DNA of 64,000 nucleotides from a virus (IMGVR_UViG_3300031998_000020), one strand, 5' to 3'. Counted from the first letter of the stretch, positions 36,087-45,253 are shown. A program made the numbers and translations. Notes: generated by a model not told the origin, from the letters alone.

Positions 36087-36329
36087 ATGGCGGTAAAGCG
36101 TTGGAGGGCTGATATTGGAAAATCCTATTATTGTTTAGCCGACACATCATCAGGTGTTAGGATTGTTGAAGTGAAAGACGTTCGTAGTAGGCTTGATGAT
36201 AATAGATATGAGCTTGGTAATTACTTCAAGGATAAGAATCCACCGATATGTTTACACGCATATCCGATTTTGCAATTATTGAAGGAAGGTTACGACGTGT
36301 ATGCTTTTAACGAAAAAATGGAGGAATAG
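36087..36329 (+). CDS. Hypothetical protein with a GNYF module.
   Basis: RYELGNYFKDKNPPI. Confidence 0.5.
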   Translation: MAVKRWRADIGKSYYCLADTSSGVRIVEVKDVRSRLDDNRYELGNYFKDKNPPICLHAYPILQLLKEGYDVYAFNEKMEE

Positions 36330-36332
36330 GCT

Positions 36333-36833
36333 ATGACACAAAAAGAAAGAGAAATCTTATTCAAAGACCTTAGTGGTAGATTGCCGTATGGTGTAATCGT
36401 AGATTACAAGGAGAACGAGTATGATTCCCGTGATTGGAAGATTTCTACATTACACGCTCCTGCATATAGTCAGAGTGGTAGTCTGATAAGCACAGACTAT
36501 GATGGTTGGATTGAATATGAAGAGTATCACGGATGCGGTATGTCAACAGGTTCAAGAACATTTAAGATTGAACAACATAAGCCGTACCTAAGACCCTTGT
36601 CAAGCATGACAGAAAAGGAGAAGAAAAAATTCCTTGATGCTGACATGGATGACTTGAAGATTTGTAGTGAAGCTATGCTAAAGAAGCTACAAATGAACAG
36701 TAACGAAGAAACAATATATGGTATGTATCATCATATCGATTGGTTAGACAAGTACATGTTTGACTATAGAGGTTTAATCCCAATGGGCCTTGCGCTAGAG
36801 GCTCCAGAAGGAATGTATCAAATGGAGGAATAA
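36333..36833 (+). CDS. KPYLRP-family protein.
   Basis: MTQKEREILFKDLSGRLPYG...HKPYLRPLSSMTEKEKKKF...FDYRGLIPMGLALEAPEGMY. Confidence 0.75.
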   Translation: MTQKEREILFKDLSGRLPYGVIVDYKENEYDSRDWKISTLHAPAYSQSGSLISTDYDGWIEYEEYHGCGMSTGSRTFKIEQHKPYLRPLSSMTEKEKKKFLDADMDDLKICSEAMLKKLQMNSNEETIYGMYHHIDWLDKYMFDYRGLIPMGLALEAPEGMYQMEE

Positions 36834-36835
36834 AG

Positions 36836-37084
36836 ATGTTATTCAAAGCTATATTCTATGGAAAAGAGCACCGCAAGCCGTATAGTAATAGGTGTCTCAG
36901 GAAAAATGGTTGGTACTGTCTTTGTGATTTTAGTCACAACCCAGATACCCAAGACCCATTAGTGAAGAGTGATAGGTTGCACAGCAATCGTAAGAGAGAA
37001 GTCGCTTCCTATTACGATGTCCGAGAATATGGCTATGTGAAATCGTCGTTCAGAATAAAGAATGTCAATTTAATGGAGGAATAA
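36836..37084 (+). CDS. Hypothetical small protein.
   Basis: ORF between GGAGGAATAA junctions. Confidence 0.4.
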   Translation: MLFKAIFYGKEHRKPYSNRCLRKNGWYCLCDFSHNPDTQDPLVKSDRLHSNRKREVASYYDVREYGYVKSSFRIKNVNLMEE

Positions 37085-37087
37085 ACA

Positions 37088-37342
37088 ATGAAGAATATTA
37101 TGTTATTAATACTCACAACCTTGATAATGGTTGGGTGTATTGATGAAGAAGAAAGAGAAGAGGCAGAAAGATTGGAGGGCTTTAATATTGTCGTTATTGA
37201 TAGTTGTGAGTATCTAAAAAGGGACGATGCAATGGGATATCAAGGTTATGGATATTTTGCTCACAAAGGCAACTGTCGTTTCTGTCAAGAACGTAAGCAA
37301 AAAGAATTGGAAAAGTTAAAAATAGAATTAAAAGAGAAATAA
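37088..37342 (+). CDS. Small lipoprotein (MVGC lipobox).
   Basis: MKNIMLLILTTLIMVGC. Confidence 0.5.
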   Translation: MKNIMLLILTTLIMVGCIDEEEREEAERLEGFNIVVIDSCEYLKRDDAMGYQGYGYFAHKGNCRFCQERKQKELEKLKIELKEK

Positions 37343-37344
37343 TT

Positions 37345-38229
37345 ATGGACTACGAACAGAAATATAAGGAAGCTCTTGATAGGGCAAAGAAATGGCGTAA
37401 CGCACCAAACTCTGATAAAATCCCTACTTATGCTAATAGAGTTATCGAGGAAATTTTTCCAGAACTCAAAGAGAGTGAGGACGAAAAGATTAGGAAAGCA
37501 ATTATATTGTTCTTTGAACTTCAAGATGACAACACTACTTATTCTTTTGTACCCAAGAAAGATATTCTTGCCTGGCTTGAAAAGCAAGGTGAGCAGAAGT
37601 CTGTTTCTATTACAGATGAATGGATTGATGATTACTGGCAACATCATAAAGTGATTAATCCTGACTCCTACAATAAAGGTGAAGAGATTCAATTTGACTA
37701 TCAAGGTTTCGTAAGTTTCTGCAAATATATTACAAGACTTGCTTGTCTTGAAAAGCAAGGTGAGAAGTCACAAAGTGAATCATCACTTGAAACAATCAAC
37801 GAAGAAAAGCTTGAATCAAAGTTTAATGTTGGTGATTGGGTAGTATATTGTGGTAAAACTTGTAAAATTACAGGATTACATAATGGTGTTTTCACGATAA
37901 CAAACCAAGACGGCAGTTATTTCTTCAATCAAGTTGAATCTACAACTGAACCAGTTTTTCATCTCTGGACCATCGATGATGCAAAGGACGGTGATGTTCT
38001 TTGTGCAAACTATGGTGGAGCAAAGCCTTTTATATTCAGTGAAAACAATTATTGTTCTGCATATTGTGCCCTCAATTCATTTGGTGAATTTATATTGGAA
38101 CCTGCTGAATGGTTAGTTAAAGCAGGTGTATCTCCTGCAACCAAAGAACAACGTGATACTCTGTTCCAAAGGATGAAAGAAGCAGGTTATGAGTGGGATG
38201 AAAATAAAAAGGAGCTAATAAAGTTATAA
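37345..38229 (+). CDS. LAWLEKQGE-repeat-family protein (paralog 1 of 3).
   Basis: Shared N-terminus (KYKEALDRAKKW...IFPELKE.EDE(K/R)IRK), two copies of LAWLEKQGE / LACLEKQGE, a GDW(V/I/L) core, and a C-terminus PATKEQRDTLFQRMKEAGYEWDENKKEL. Confidence 0.75.
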   Translation: MDYEQKYKEALDRAKKWRNAPNSDKIPTYANRVIEEIFPELKESEDEKIRKAIILFFELQDDNTTYSFVPKKDILAWLEKQGEQKSVSITDEWIDDYWQHHKVINPDSYNKGEEIQFDYQGFVSFCKYITRLACLEKQGEKSQSESSLETINEEKLESKFNVGDWVVYCGKTCKITGLHNGVFTITNQDGSYFFNQVESTTEPVFHLWTIDDAKDGDVLCANYGGAKPFIFSENNYCSAYCALNSFGEFILEPAEWLVKAGVSPATKEQRDTLFQRMKEAGYEWDENKKELIKL

Positions 38230-38232
38230 GAT

Positions 38233-39672
38233 ATGAAAGAACTTAGTATAGAACAGAAAGCCAAACGCTATGATGAGGCACTTGCAAGGGCAAGAGAAAT
38301 ACACAGTGAAGGTAAAGCACAGTGCCATAACGTTATGACAAAGGTTTTCCCCGAAATCAAAGAGATTGAGGATGAAAGAATTAGGAGACTAATTATCAAG
38401 CACTTCAAGGAGATTGCTAACAGCAATGAGCAGTCTTGGAAAAACCTTGACATCCCATATATTCTTGCCTGGCTTGAAAAGCAAGGTGAAACAAATATCA
38501 AAAATAATAATCCAGTTAAAATAGAATCTGATAAATTCTACTTCTGCATCAAAGATTATTTTGCAGGCGGTTGTTGTCGTTCCAAAAATGGCGATGTGGT
38601 TTTGGCTAAAAACGGTATGAATATGATGGGGCTTTCTCCAAAAGAAGCATCAGAATATTTTATACCAATCAACCCTTTCAATGAATATGTTGTTGCCTGG
38701 CTTGAAAAGCAAGGTGAACCCATTGACAAGATAGTAAAAAGGGCTATGAATGAAAAACAAAGAGTCCTTCTCACTGAAACAAATGGTGATGCAAATATAG
38801 ATTGGGATACTCGTAGCCTTCAAGATGTAAAATCACTGTTGGAGTATGGCTTAGATTACATTAAGAAACTCGAAAAACAGGATAAGCAAAACATTGATGA
38901 TAAGGTTGAATTAAAGTATAAAGATGGTGATTGGATTGTATATGACAATAATGTCTATAAAATAGTCAATATACCGCATGGTAAATATTATGAATGTCTT
39001 GGGATTGATAATACAATTCGTGTGTATAATCATCTTATTGATAATAAATCCCATCTTTGGGCAATCGAAGATGCAACGGAGGGTGATGTGCTTACTGTTG
39101 ATTGGTATCAGGGTGATGATTCTTGGGAAAAAATCATAATTTTCAAGAAATATCATAATAAAGGCATAGAAGGATTGATTAATGCATCATGTGTTGAAGG
39201 GTATGGTAATACATTCAAAAATAGAAAAATGGCATTTGTCGAAGAAGTACCATATTATTCTAAAACATGGACAGACAATTTACATCCAGCAACTAAAGAA
39301 CAGCGTAATCTTTTGTTTCAAAGAATGAAAGAAGCAGGTTATGAGTGGGATGCCGAGCAAAAAGAGTTGAAAAAGATTCAACAGAAGCCTACTTGGAGTG
39401 AAGAGGATGAAAATTCCCTTTTGGATGTACTATGGTGTTGTAAAAAGGTTGCAAGCATTGCAAAAGATGAAAATGAAATGGGTACTGTCTGGTGTGCAGA
39501 ACGATGGCTCAATTCTCTCAAAGAGAGATACACTTGGAAGCCTACTGAAAAGCAAATTAACGCAATAAGGCTTGCAAGAAGTTTCGTGACAGATGATTTT
39601 GGTAATAATCCAACTCTATCAGAAACACTTCTCGACTTGGAAAAACAATTAAAGAAAATAATGGAGGTATAA
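38233..39672 (+). CDS. LAWLEKQGE-repeat-family protein (paralog 2, longest; two AWLEKQGE copies plus an extra C-terminal domain).
   Basis: See the 37345 gene. Confidence 0.75.
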   Translation: MKELSIEQKAKRYDEALARAREIHSEGKAQCHNVMTKVFPEIKEIEDERIRRLIIKHFKEIANSNEQSWKNLDIPYILAWLEKQGETNIKNNNPVKIESDKFYFCIKDYFAGGCCRSKNGDVVLAKNGMNMMGLSPKEASEYFIPINPFNEYVVAWLEKQGEPIDKIVKRAMNEKQRVLLTETNGDANIDWDTRSLQDVKSLLEYGLDYIKKLEKQDKQNIDDKVELKYKDGDWIVYDNNVYKIVNIPHGKYYECLGIDNTIRVYNHLIDNKSHLWAIEDATEGDVLTVDWYQGDDSWEKIIIFKKYHNKGIEGLINASCVEGYGNTFKNRKMAFVEEVPYYSKTWTDNLHPATKEQRNLLFQRMKEAGYEWDAEQKELKKIQQKPTWSEEDENSLLDVLWCCKKVASIAKDENEMGTVWCAERWLNSLKERYTWKPTEKQINAIRLARSFVTDDFGNNPTLSETLLDLEKQLKKIMEV

Positions 39673-39675
39673 AGT

Positions 39676-40533
39676 ATGAAAGAACTATCAATAGAAGAGA
39701 AATCCAAACGTTATGAAAAAGCTTTAGATGAGGCTAAAGCAATTCATAAAGCTATAAGAAAAGATTTAAAGCCAGTTATCGAACAAATCTTTCCCGAACT
39801 CATAGAAACTGAGGATGAAAGGATAAGGAAAGAGATAACAGACTTTATAAGAAGGAAATTTGAAAACTCATGTTCACCAACACCATCCAAAACTACATTG
39901 GCTAATTGGATTACTTGGCTTGAACAGCAAGGCGAGAAGAAGCCAGGAGAAGATTCTCTAACTCTTGAAGAGTTTGAAAATGCTTTTATTACTAAAGCAA
40001 AACAATATGATATAGACCTCCCTAATCGTAGTTGGGATATTCATGCCTTATGCAAAGAATTATACTCACTAAAGCATAAGCCAAAGCAAGGTGAGCAGAA
40101 TCCTGCTGATAAGGTTGAACCAAAGTTTCATGAAGGAGATTGGCTTGTTACTGATAAAGGTGATACAGTCCAAATTGGGATAGTCAACAACGACTATTAC
40201 ACCATAGGTAATGGAATGCTTTTTAACATGTCTTATGTAGATACATGTTGGCATTTGTGGACTATCGAAGATGCAAAGGACGGTGATGTGCTTCGTCTTG
40301 GCTATGTAATTGCAATATTCAAAAAATATATTGGTCAAAATAATTGTATATGCTATTGTTCTTATGTTAAAGGTGTAGGTTTTGAAGTTCCAATTAAAAA
40401 TGGAGAAGATAATGTCTATGGTTGTAGAAATACTACTCCAGCCTCCAAAGAAGAGCGTGACCTCTTATTCCAAAAAATGAAAGAAGCAGACTATGAATGG
40501 GATGCTAACAAAAAAGAACTAAAAAAGTTATAA
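39676..40533 (+). CDS. LAWLEKQGE-repeat-family protein (paralog 3).
   Basis: See the 37345 gene; ITWLEQQGE and KPKQGEQ repeats. Confidence 0.75.
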   Translation: MKELSIEEKSKRYEKALDEAKAIHKAIRKDLKPVIEQIFPELIETEDERIRKEITDFIRRKFENSCSPTPSKTTLANWITWLEQQGEKKPGEDSLTLEEFENAFITKAKQYDIDLPNRSWDIHALCKELYSLKHKPKQGEQNPADKVEPKFHEGDWLVTDKGDTVQIGIVNNDYYTIGNGMLFNMSYVDTCWHLWTIEDAKDGDVLRLGYVIAIFKKYIGQNNCICYCSYVKGVGFEVPIKNGEDNVYGCRNTTPASKEERDLLFQKMKEADYEWDANKKELKKL

Positions 40534-40536
40534 GAT

Positions 40537-40857
40537 ATGAAAGCATATACAGACTTGACACAAAGCAAGAAACTTGCTGAGATACTGCCGCTTGAGAGTG
40601 CGGATATGTATTATCGTGATTGGAAAAGAATGACAAAATATATTCACATTGCTCATGTTGGAAGTGCTGATGAGAAGGATTTGCCTTGTTGGTCTTTAGC
40701 AGCGTTGCTTGAAGTATATCCTATGTGCGTAGGCAGGGATTTAGGAATGTATTGCTGTTGGGTAAACACTAAAAGTATGTGTTTAAGGCATTTTGACAAT
40801 CCTGTCGATGCTTGCGTAGATATGGTATTTGCATTGAAAGAAAGGAATATAATATGA
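40537..40857 (+). CDS. SKKLAEIL-family protein.
   Basis: MKAYTDLTQSKKLAEILPLESADMYYRD...CWSLAALLE...NPVDACVDMVFALKERNI. Confidence 0.7.
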   Translation: MKAYTDLTQSKKLAEILPLESADMYYRDWKRMTKYIHIAHVGSADEKDLPCWSLAALLEVYPMCVGRDLGMYCCWVNTKSMCLRHFDNPVDACVDMVFALKERNII

Positions 40858-41285
40858 AAACAACAGAACTTCAAATATTCGATTGGGTTAAAATCAATCA
40901 TAATCAGAAAAAAGTAAAAGTAAAGGCTGTTTATGAAAATCTGATAGAAACCACTTCTGTTAGTCCTCTTATGGGAGACGAAGTAAGTCCTATCCCTCTC
41001 ACATTTGAAATTCTTGAAAAAAATGGATTTGAGTTAAATGGAGAACTGCCTTTTCGTAAAGAGTTTCGACTTTGTATCAATAAAGATACAGAAGATGAAC
41101 GTTATCTTTTTGTAGATTTCCATCACAAGAGAGATTTTATTATATTGACTTATCAATCCTATACAGGACATGATAATGGCACCAATGGAATAGTTATTAA
41201 CCATTGCGGTGTACATCAATTCCAACATGCTCTTAGAATATGTGGCTTGGATGAACTTGCAGATAATCTCAAATTGGAGGAATGA
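40854..41285 (+). CDS. GDWV/HELQHALR-family protein (start at MKTTELQIFDWV).
   Basis: ATGA start/stop overlap; SPIPLTFEILEKNGF...VHQFQHALRICGLDELADNLKLEE. Confidence 0.7.
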   Translation: MKTTELQIFDWVKINHNQKKVKVKAVYENLIETTSVSPLMGDEVSPIPLTFEILEKNGFELNGELPFRKEFRLCINKDTEDERYLFVDFHHKRDFIILTYQSYTGHDNGTNGIVINHCGVHQFQHALRICGLDELADNLKLEE

Positions 41286-41512
41286 ATATGAAAGCATACA
41301 AAGCATGGGTAGCACGAGATAAAGATGGGTTCTTAATGATATATAATCGTTGCCCCACAAAAAACAATGAAACTGGGTTATGGGAAATAAAGAGTCCCTT
41401 GAGTCCTTTTTACTCTATGGGTTTTATTGAAAACGCATTACCCGATGGTATCGACCCAAAATGGGAGGATGAAGAACCTATTGAAGTTGAACTTAAAATA
41501 GAGAAACTATGA
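41282..41512 (+). CDS. Hypothetical small protein.
   Basis: ORF. Confidence 0.4.
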   Translation: MNMKAYKAWVARDKDGFLMIYNRCPTKNNETGLWEIKSPLSPFYSMGFIENALPDGIDPKWEDEEPIEVELKIEKL

Positions 41513-41829
41513 AATCGTATACAGACATAGAACAATCCAAAAAGTTGGCAGAGATACTGCCATTAGAGAGTGCGGATATGTTTTACCGTGACAATGGAAT
41601 AGATGTAAAACTTATATGGGAACATATTGCTCAAAAAGTAACAAATCCTTGTTGGAGTCTTGCAGCATTGCTTGATGCCCTACCAAAAATATATAATTTA
41701 AAACCAATATTAGACTTAGAAGAAAATTCTATTCTATATAGTGGTATTGACATTTATGTACATGCAGACAATCCTATTGATGCTTGCGTAGACATGATTT
41801 TTAAACTCAAAGAAAAGAATTTATTATGA
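41509..41829 (+). CDS. SKKLAEIL-family protein.
   Basis: MKSYTDIEQSKKLAEILPLESADMFYRD...CWSLAALLD...NPIDACVDMIFKLKEKNL. Confidence 0.7.
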   Translation: MKSYTDIEQSKKLAEILPLESADMFYRDNGIDVKLIWEHIAQKVTNPCWSLAALLDALPKIYNLKPILDLEENSILYSGIDIYVHADNPIDACVDMIFKLKEKNLL

Positions 41830-42275
41830 AACAAGAAGATAAAGACTTGCTGTTAAGGTACCTGTGTATGGCATTGCCGTATGGATTGATTTGTTCAATC
41901 TATCGAATAGATGATTGGAATGTCGGTTGGAGGGACGAAAATTTAACTGGCTATTTCGATAATGGGACGGCATATGAATTTTATTTTGGTAAATCTCCCA
42001 TTTCTATTGATAATGACATTTCTAAAATTAAGCCATATCTCCGTCCAATGTCTTCAATGACTGAAAAAGAAAAGAAAGAGTATAGAAGAACCCAAATTAT
42101 AAAATGGGTTAAAAGTGTTGATTGCACAGGTGGAGGATATTATGAATATAAAGACACTCTTAAAACATATGATTGGCTTAAGAAACATCATTTTGATTTC
42201 ATGGGATTAATCCCAAGAAATTTGGCTATCGAAGTTACAGAAAAAAATAATCCATACAACTTAACGGAGGAATAA
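41826..42275 (+). CDS. KPYLRP-family protein.
   Basis: MKQEDKDLLLRYLCMALPYG...IKPYLRPMSSMTEKEKKEY...FDFMGLIPRNLAIEVTEKNNPY. Confidence 0.75.
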   Translation: MKQEDKDLLLRYLCMALPYGLICSIYRIDDWNVGWRDENLTGYFDNGTAYEFYFGKSPISIDNDISKIKPYLRPMSSMTEKEKKEYRRTQIIKWVKSVDCTGGGYYEYKDTLKTYDWLKKHHFDFMGLIPRNLAIEVTEKNNPYNLTEE

Positions 42276-42277
42276 TT

Positions 42278-42655
42278 ATGATACAGTACATAGACAAAGA
42301 TGCGTTAATAGCGGAGATAAACAAACGTATAATAGATGCACCAATAAATTACGTTGGGCATCAGCGAGTTTGGGCTTATAATGATGTTAAAGACATTCTC
42401 AACACCCTTGAAGTAATAGACCCATATGCATTGTGTATACAATATCCAAGTATAGAAGATGGCATTAAATCTCATGCCGAAGTATATTCTTTCAACATAG
42501 AAAGCAAGTTATTCAATCAATTAACGAAAGAACAGCAAGTATTGTGGAGAAAGGAAATAGAACAGGCTTGTATTAGTGGTGGCGAGGCTGGTGTTGAACT
42601 TGCAAGAGACCCTCGTTACAAGGAAAACCTCGAAGTGAAAGAAATGGAGGAATAA
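42278..42655 (+). CDS. Hypothetical protein.
   Basis: ORF ending ...EMEE with a GGAGGAATAA junction. Confidence 0.45.
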   Translation: MIQYIDKDALIAEINKRIIDAPINYVGHQRVWAYNDVKDILNTLEVIDPYALCIQYPSIEDGIKSHAEVYSFNIESKLFNQLTKEQQVLWRKEIEQACISGGEAGVELARDPRYKENLEVKEMEE

Positions 42656-42657
42656 AT

Positions 42658-42807
42658 ATGGGGTATTTTGTTTGCCAACACTGTGGAGCACACCTTCACG
42701 ACAGTAAAGTAAAGGATTTATATCAATGGGATGACAAAGACTCAATAGGATGGTCTTATGTATGCCCTCGTTGTGGTGAAGAAAATTATAAAGAAATCAA
42801 GATATAA
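42658..42807 (+). CDS. Small zinc-ribbon protein (CxxC...CxxC, 49 aa).
   Basis: MGYFVCQHCGAH...VCPRCGEE; fills the gap between two GGAGGAATA junctions. Confidence 0.4.
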   Translation: MGYFVCQHCGAHLHDSKVKDLYQWDDKDSIGWSYVCPRCGEENYKEIKI

Positions 42808-42812
42808 TAGAT

Positions 42813-43196
42813 ATGAAACAAGAAGATAAAGAGTTGCTATTAAGGTACCTGTGTATGGCATTGCCTTATAAAGTAAAAGTCTGTCTCTATGAACAAGAGA
42901 CATGCATTTTATTGGGTATTGATGGCTGTGACGTGTATTTAGATGTTGATTCTGACCCATTTCGTATAGAAAGTATAAAGCCATACCTTCGCCCAATGTC
43001 AAGTATGACAGAGGAAGAGGAAGAAGAGTTTGTTTCATTTACAGATACAATGTTTAGATATGGTAAAGATAATAACCTTTGTTGTTTGCCATTAGATGCT
43101 ATTCATTGGCTTCTTGAACACCATTTCGACTTCATGGGCCTCATCCCAAAAGGTCTTGTATTGGAAGTTACAGAAAAAAATAACCCTTATAAATAA
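42813..43196 (+). CDS. KPYLRP-family protein.
   Basis: MKQEDKELLLRYLCMALPYKVKV...IKPYLRPMSSMTEEEEEEF...FDFMGLIPKGLVLEVTEKNNPY. Confidence 0.75.
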   Translation: MKQEDKELLLRYLCMALPYKVKVCLYEQETCILLGIDGCDVYLDVDSDPFRIESIKPYLRPMSSMTEEEEEEFVSFTDTMFRYGKDNNLCCLPLDAIHWLLEHHFDFMGLIPKGLVLEVTEKNNPYK

Positions 43197-43214
43197 AATA
43201 ACGGAGGAATAGAT

Positions 43215-43475
43215 ATGATACCACCAAGTAATTGCCCTTATAAAGATTTGGCAAGCCTTCCTTGTTGGACATGCCAATGGCATAATGCAGACATGGACAC
43301 TTGTAATCTTTCGCTAGGCCATACAGCCTCAAGCATAGGAACGGCTGCAACAATTGCCCAAAGCCAATCTTTTGAAGACAGGCTTAGAGCCTATGAAAAT
43401 GAACGCAAAAAGCTACTTGCGTTATCGAAAGAGGAATTAGTGAATCTAATCATCCATCGTCCTACGTTATATTAA
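43215..43475 (+). CDS. Hypothetical protein.
   Basis: ORF. Confidence 0.4.
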   Translation: MIPPSNCPYKDLASLPCWTCQWHNADMDTCNLSLGHTASSIGTAATIAQSQSFEDRLRAYENERKKLLALSKEELVNLIIHRPTLY

Positions 43476-43488
43476 AAACATTAGAACT

Positions 43489-43986
43489 ATGAATAAAAGT
43501 AAATTAAAATCAACGGATTTCATGGTTGGTGATTGGGTTCGATGGAAGGATAAATACGTTCAGATTGCTGCAATTAGCGGTATCGTGTATTCCTTCGGAC
43601 ACATAGATGTAGAACTTGCACATTGCGGTAGCGGACTCATCGAGAGACATGACCTCAAGAGCATTTCACCTATTCCACTTACGCCTGAGATATTGAAGGC
43701 TAATGGGTTTAAGGAATATGAAGAAGATAATCATAATGAATATGTTTATGAAAAGTGCGATGGCACAAGTTACTATGAAATAGTGATTAGTTGGAGGGAT
43801 TCATACGACAATGGTGCATTAGATGCGTTCAATCATGTTCAATGGGATGAATGTTGGAAAATAAACATTGAAAGCGAAGGTAGCTACAATAAGGGGTGGT
43901 GTAAGACTATCTACTTTCATGAACTTCAACATGCACTTCGTCTCTGCGGACTTCACGAGTTGGCTGATAACTTTAAAGTAGAATAA
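43489..43986 (+). CDS. GDWV/HELQHALR-family protein.
   Basis: FMVGDWVRWKDKY...SPIPLTPEILKANGF...FHELQHALRLCGLHELADNFKVE. Confidence 0.7.
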   Translation: MNKSKLKSTDFMVGDWVRWKDKYVQIAAISGIVYSFGHIDVELAHCGSGLIERHDLKSISPIPLTPEILKANGFKEYEEDNHNEYVYEKCDGTSYYEIVISWRDSYDNGALDAFNHVQWDECWKINIESEGSYNKGWCKTIYFHELQHALRLCGLHELADNFKVE

Positions 43987-43988
43987 TT

Positions 43989-44411
43989 ATGACACAGGAA
44001 GAAAAAGAACTATTAAAAGACCTCAGTGCAAGGTGGCTGTATGGTACAATTGTATCTGTTACTGACGGAACTATCAAATTTAACGCTTATATTGAATCTG
44101 TTAGCCATAAAAGTATACAAGTTTCACCTGTTAGTGATTCTAATTTTACTGCATATACTTTTTATAAAATAAGTGAAGTTAAGCCATATCTTCGTCCTTT
44201 GTCAGCAATGACAGAGGAAGAACTCATAAACTTGAATTGTATTTGTTATCACAATATCAGTATTCAAGACGATATGCTGTGTGGCTATATATGCTGTGGA
44301 GAGTTGGAGGATGTATTTGATTACCTTAACTCAATCCATGTAGATTATCGAGGATTAATTCCAAAAGGCCTTGCTTTGGAGGCTCCAGAAGACATGTATA
44401 AATTTGAATAA
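43989..44411 (+). CDS. KPYLRP-family protein.
   Basis: MTQEEKELLKDLSARWLYG...VKPYLRPLSAMTEEELINL...VDYRGLIPKGLALEAPEDMY. Confidence 0.75.
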   Translation: MTQEEKELLKDLSARWLYGTIVSVTDGTIKFNAYIESVSHKSIQVSPVSDSNFTAYTFYKISEVKPYLRPLSAMTEEELINLNCICYHNISIQDDMLCGYICCGELEDVFDYLNSIHVDYRGLIPKGLALEAPEDMYKFE

Positions 44412-44420
44412 ACAAGAAAT

Positions 44421-44672
44421 ATGATTAAGATAGAAATTCCAACATCATTCCAAGATATAAAGAATCTCTGGAATGCAAAAGTCAGTATCAGGCATAGACA
44501 TAACAGCCAAGAGGTTGAAAAATTAACTGCATTTTTTGTAGAGTCAATCCTTAGTGGCAGGTGGAGTGAGGTGTCGGATGGTGAGGTCGTTAAGTGGACC
44601 GAAAAAGACAAGAAACAATTCACCGAAGAAATGAAGAAAGAGATGTATAAGTGTATATGCCGACTTAAATAA
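44421..44672 (+). CDS. Hypothetical protein.
   Basis: Last ORF of the operon, before the terminator. Confidence 0.4.
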   Translation: MIKIEIPTSFQDIKNLWNAKVSIRHRHNSQEVEKLTAFFVESILSGRWSEVSDGEVVKWTEKDKKQFTEEMKKEMYKCICRLK

Positions 44673-44703
44673 ATCATTATGCTTTGGCATGGATTAACAT
44701 ATA

Positions 44704-44741
44704 GAAGAATCTTTCCATCTAATAAGGTGGGAAGATTTTTT
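44704..44741 (+). terminator. Intrinsic terminator, third copy of the conserved terminator-promoter module.
   Basis: GAAGAATCTTTCCATC...GTGGGAAGATT plus T-run. Confidence 0.65.
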
Positions 44742-44747
44742 GTTAAT

Positions 44748-44795
44748 TAGTGTTAATAAATTTGGTGGTCTGAAATATATTGTCTATCTTTGCAT
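44748..44795 (+). promoter_or_regulatory. Bacteroidota-type promoter (TTTG 44761; TATCTTTG 44785).
   Basis: gtgttaataaatttggtgg ... TAtcTTTG. Confidence 0.65.
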
Positions 44796-44830
44796 CAGAA
44801 ACAAAATAATAAACAAAAAAAACATTAACA

Positions 44831-45253
44831 ATGGGAAATCTATATAATCTCTTAAACGGAGTAAACCCAGCTACATTTTTTATTCTTCCAATGCTGGGTA
44901 AGCACCCTGACGAGTATCCACGTTTCCGTGATTGTTTTGTTAACAAGGACAATCAGATAGTGGTTTATACCAGGGTAGGTGGTGGCAACCGTAATAGTGG
45001 CTATGGCGAGGAAGAGCTATATAAGCATCCAGACTTTGTTAGGACGTATGATGATGACTTTGACAATACCTATGGGTATTATGTCTTCAACGTGCCAGAA
45101 AAGTGGAAAGAGGACTTTGACAAGTTCTTCAAGAAGCAGAAGCCTTCCGAGGAATACATAGAGCATGTTTGTTCTATCTATCCAAAGATTACAGGTGAAA
45201 TAAAAGAAATATTTAGCCGATTCGGGGAAAACGACAACAACAAACAGTCATAA
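44831..45253 (+). CDS. Hypothetical protein.
   Basis: First ORF after the promoter. Confidence 0.5.
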   Translation: MGNLYNLLNGVNPATFFILPMLGKHPDEYPRFRDCFVNKDNQIVVYTRVGGGNRNSGYGEEELYKHPDFVRTYDDDFDNTYGYYVFNVPEKWKEDFDKFFKKQKPSEEYIEHVCSIYPKITGEIKEIFSRFGENDNNKQS

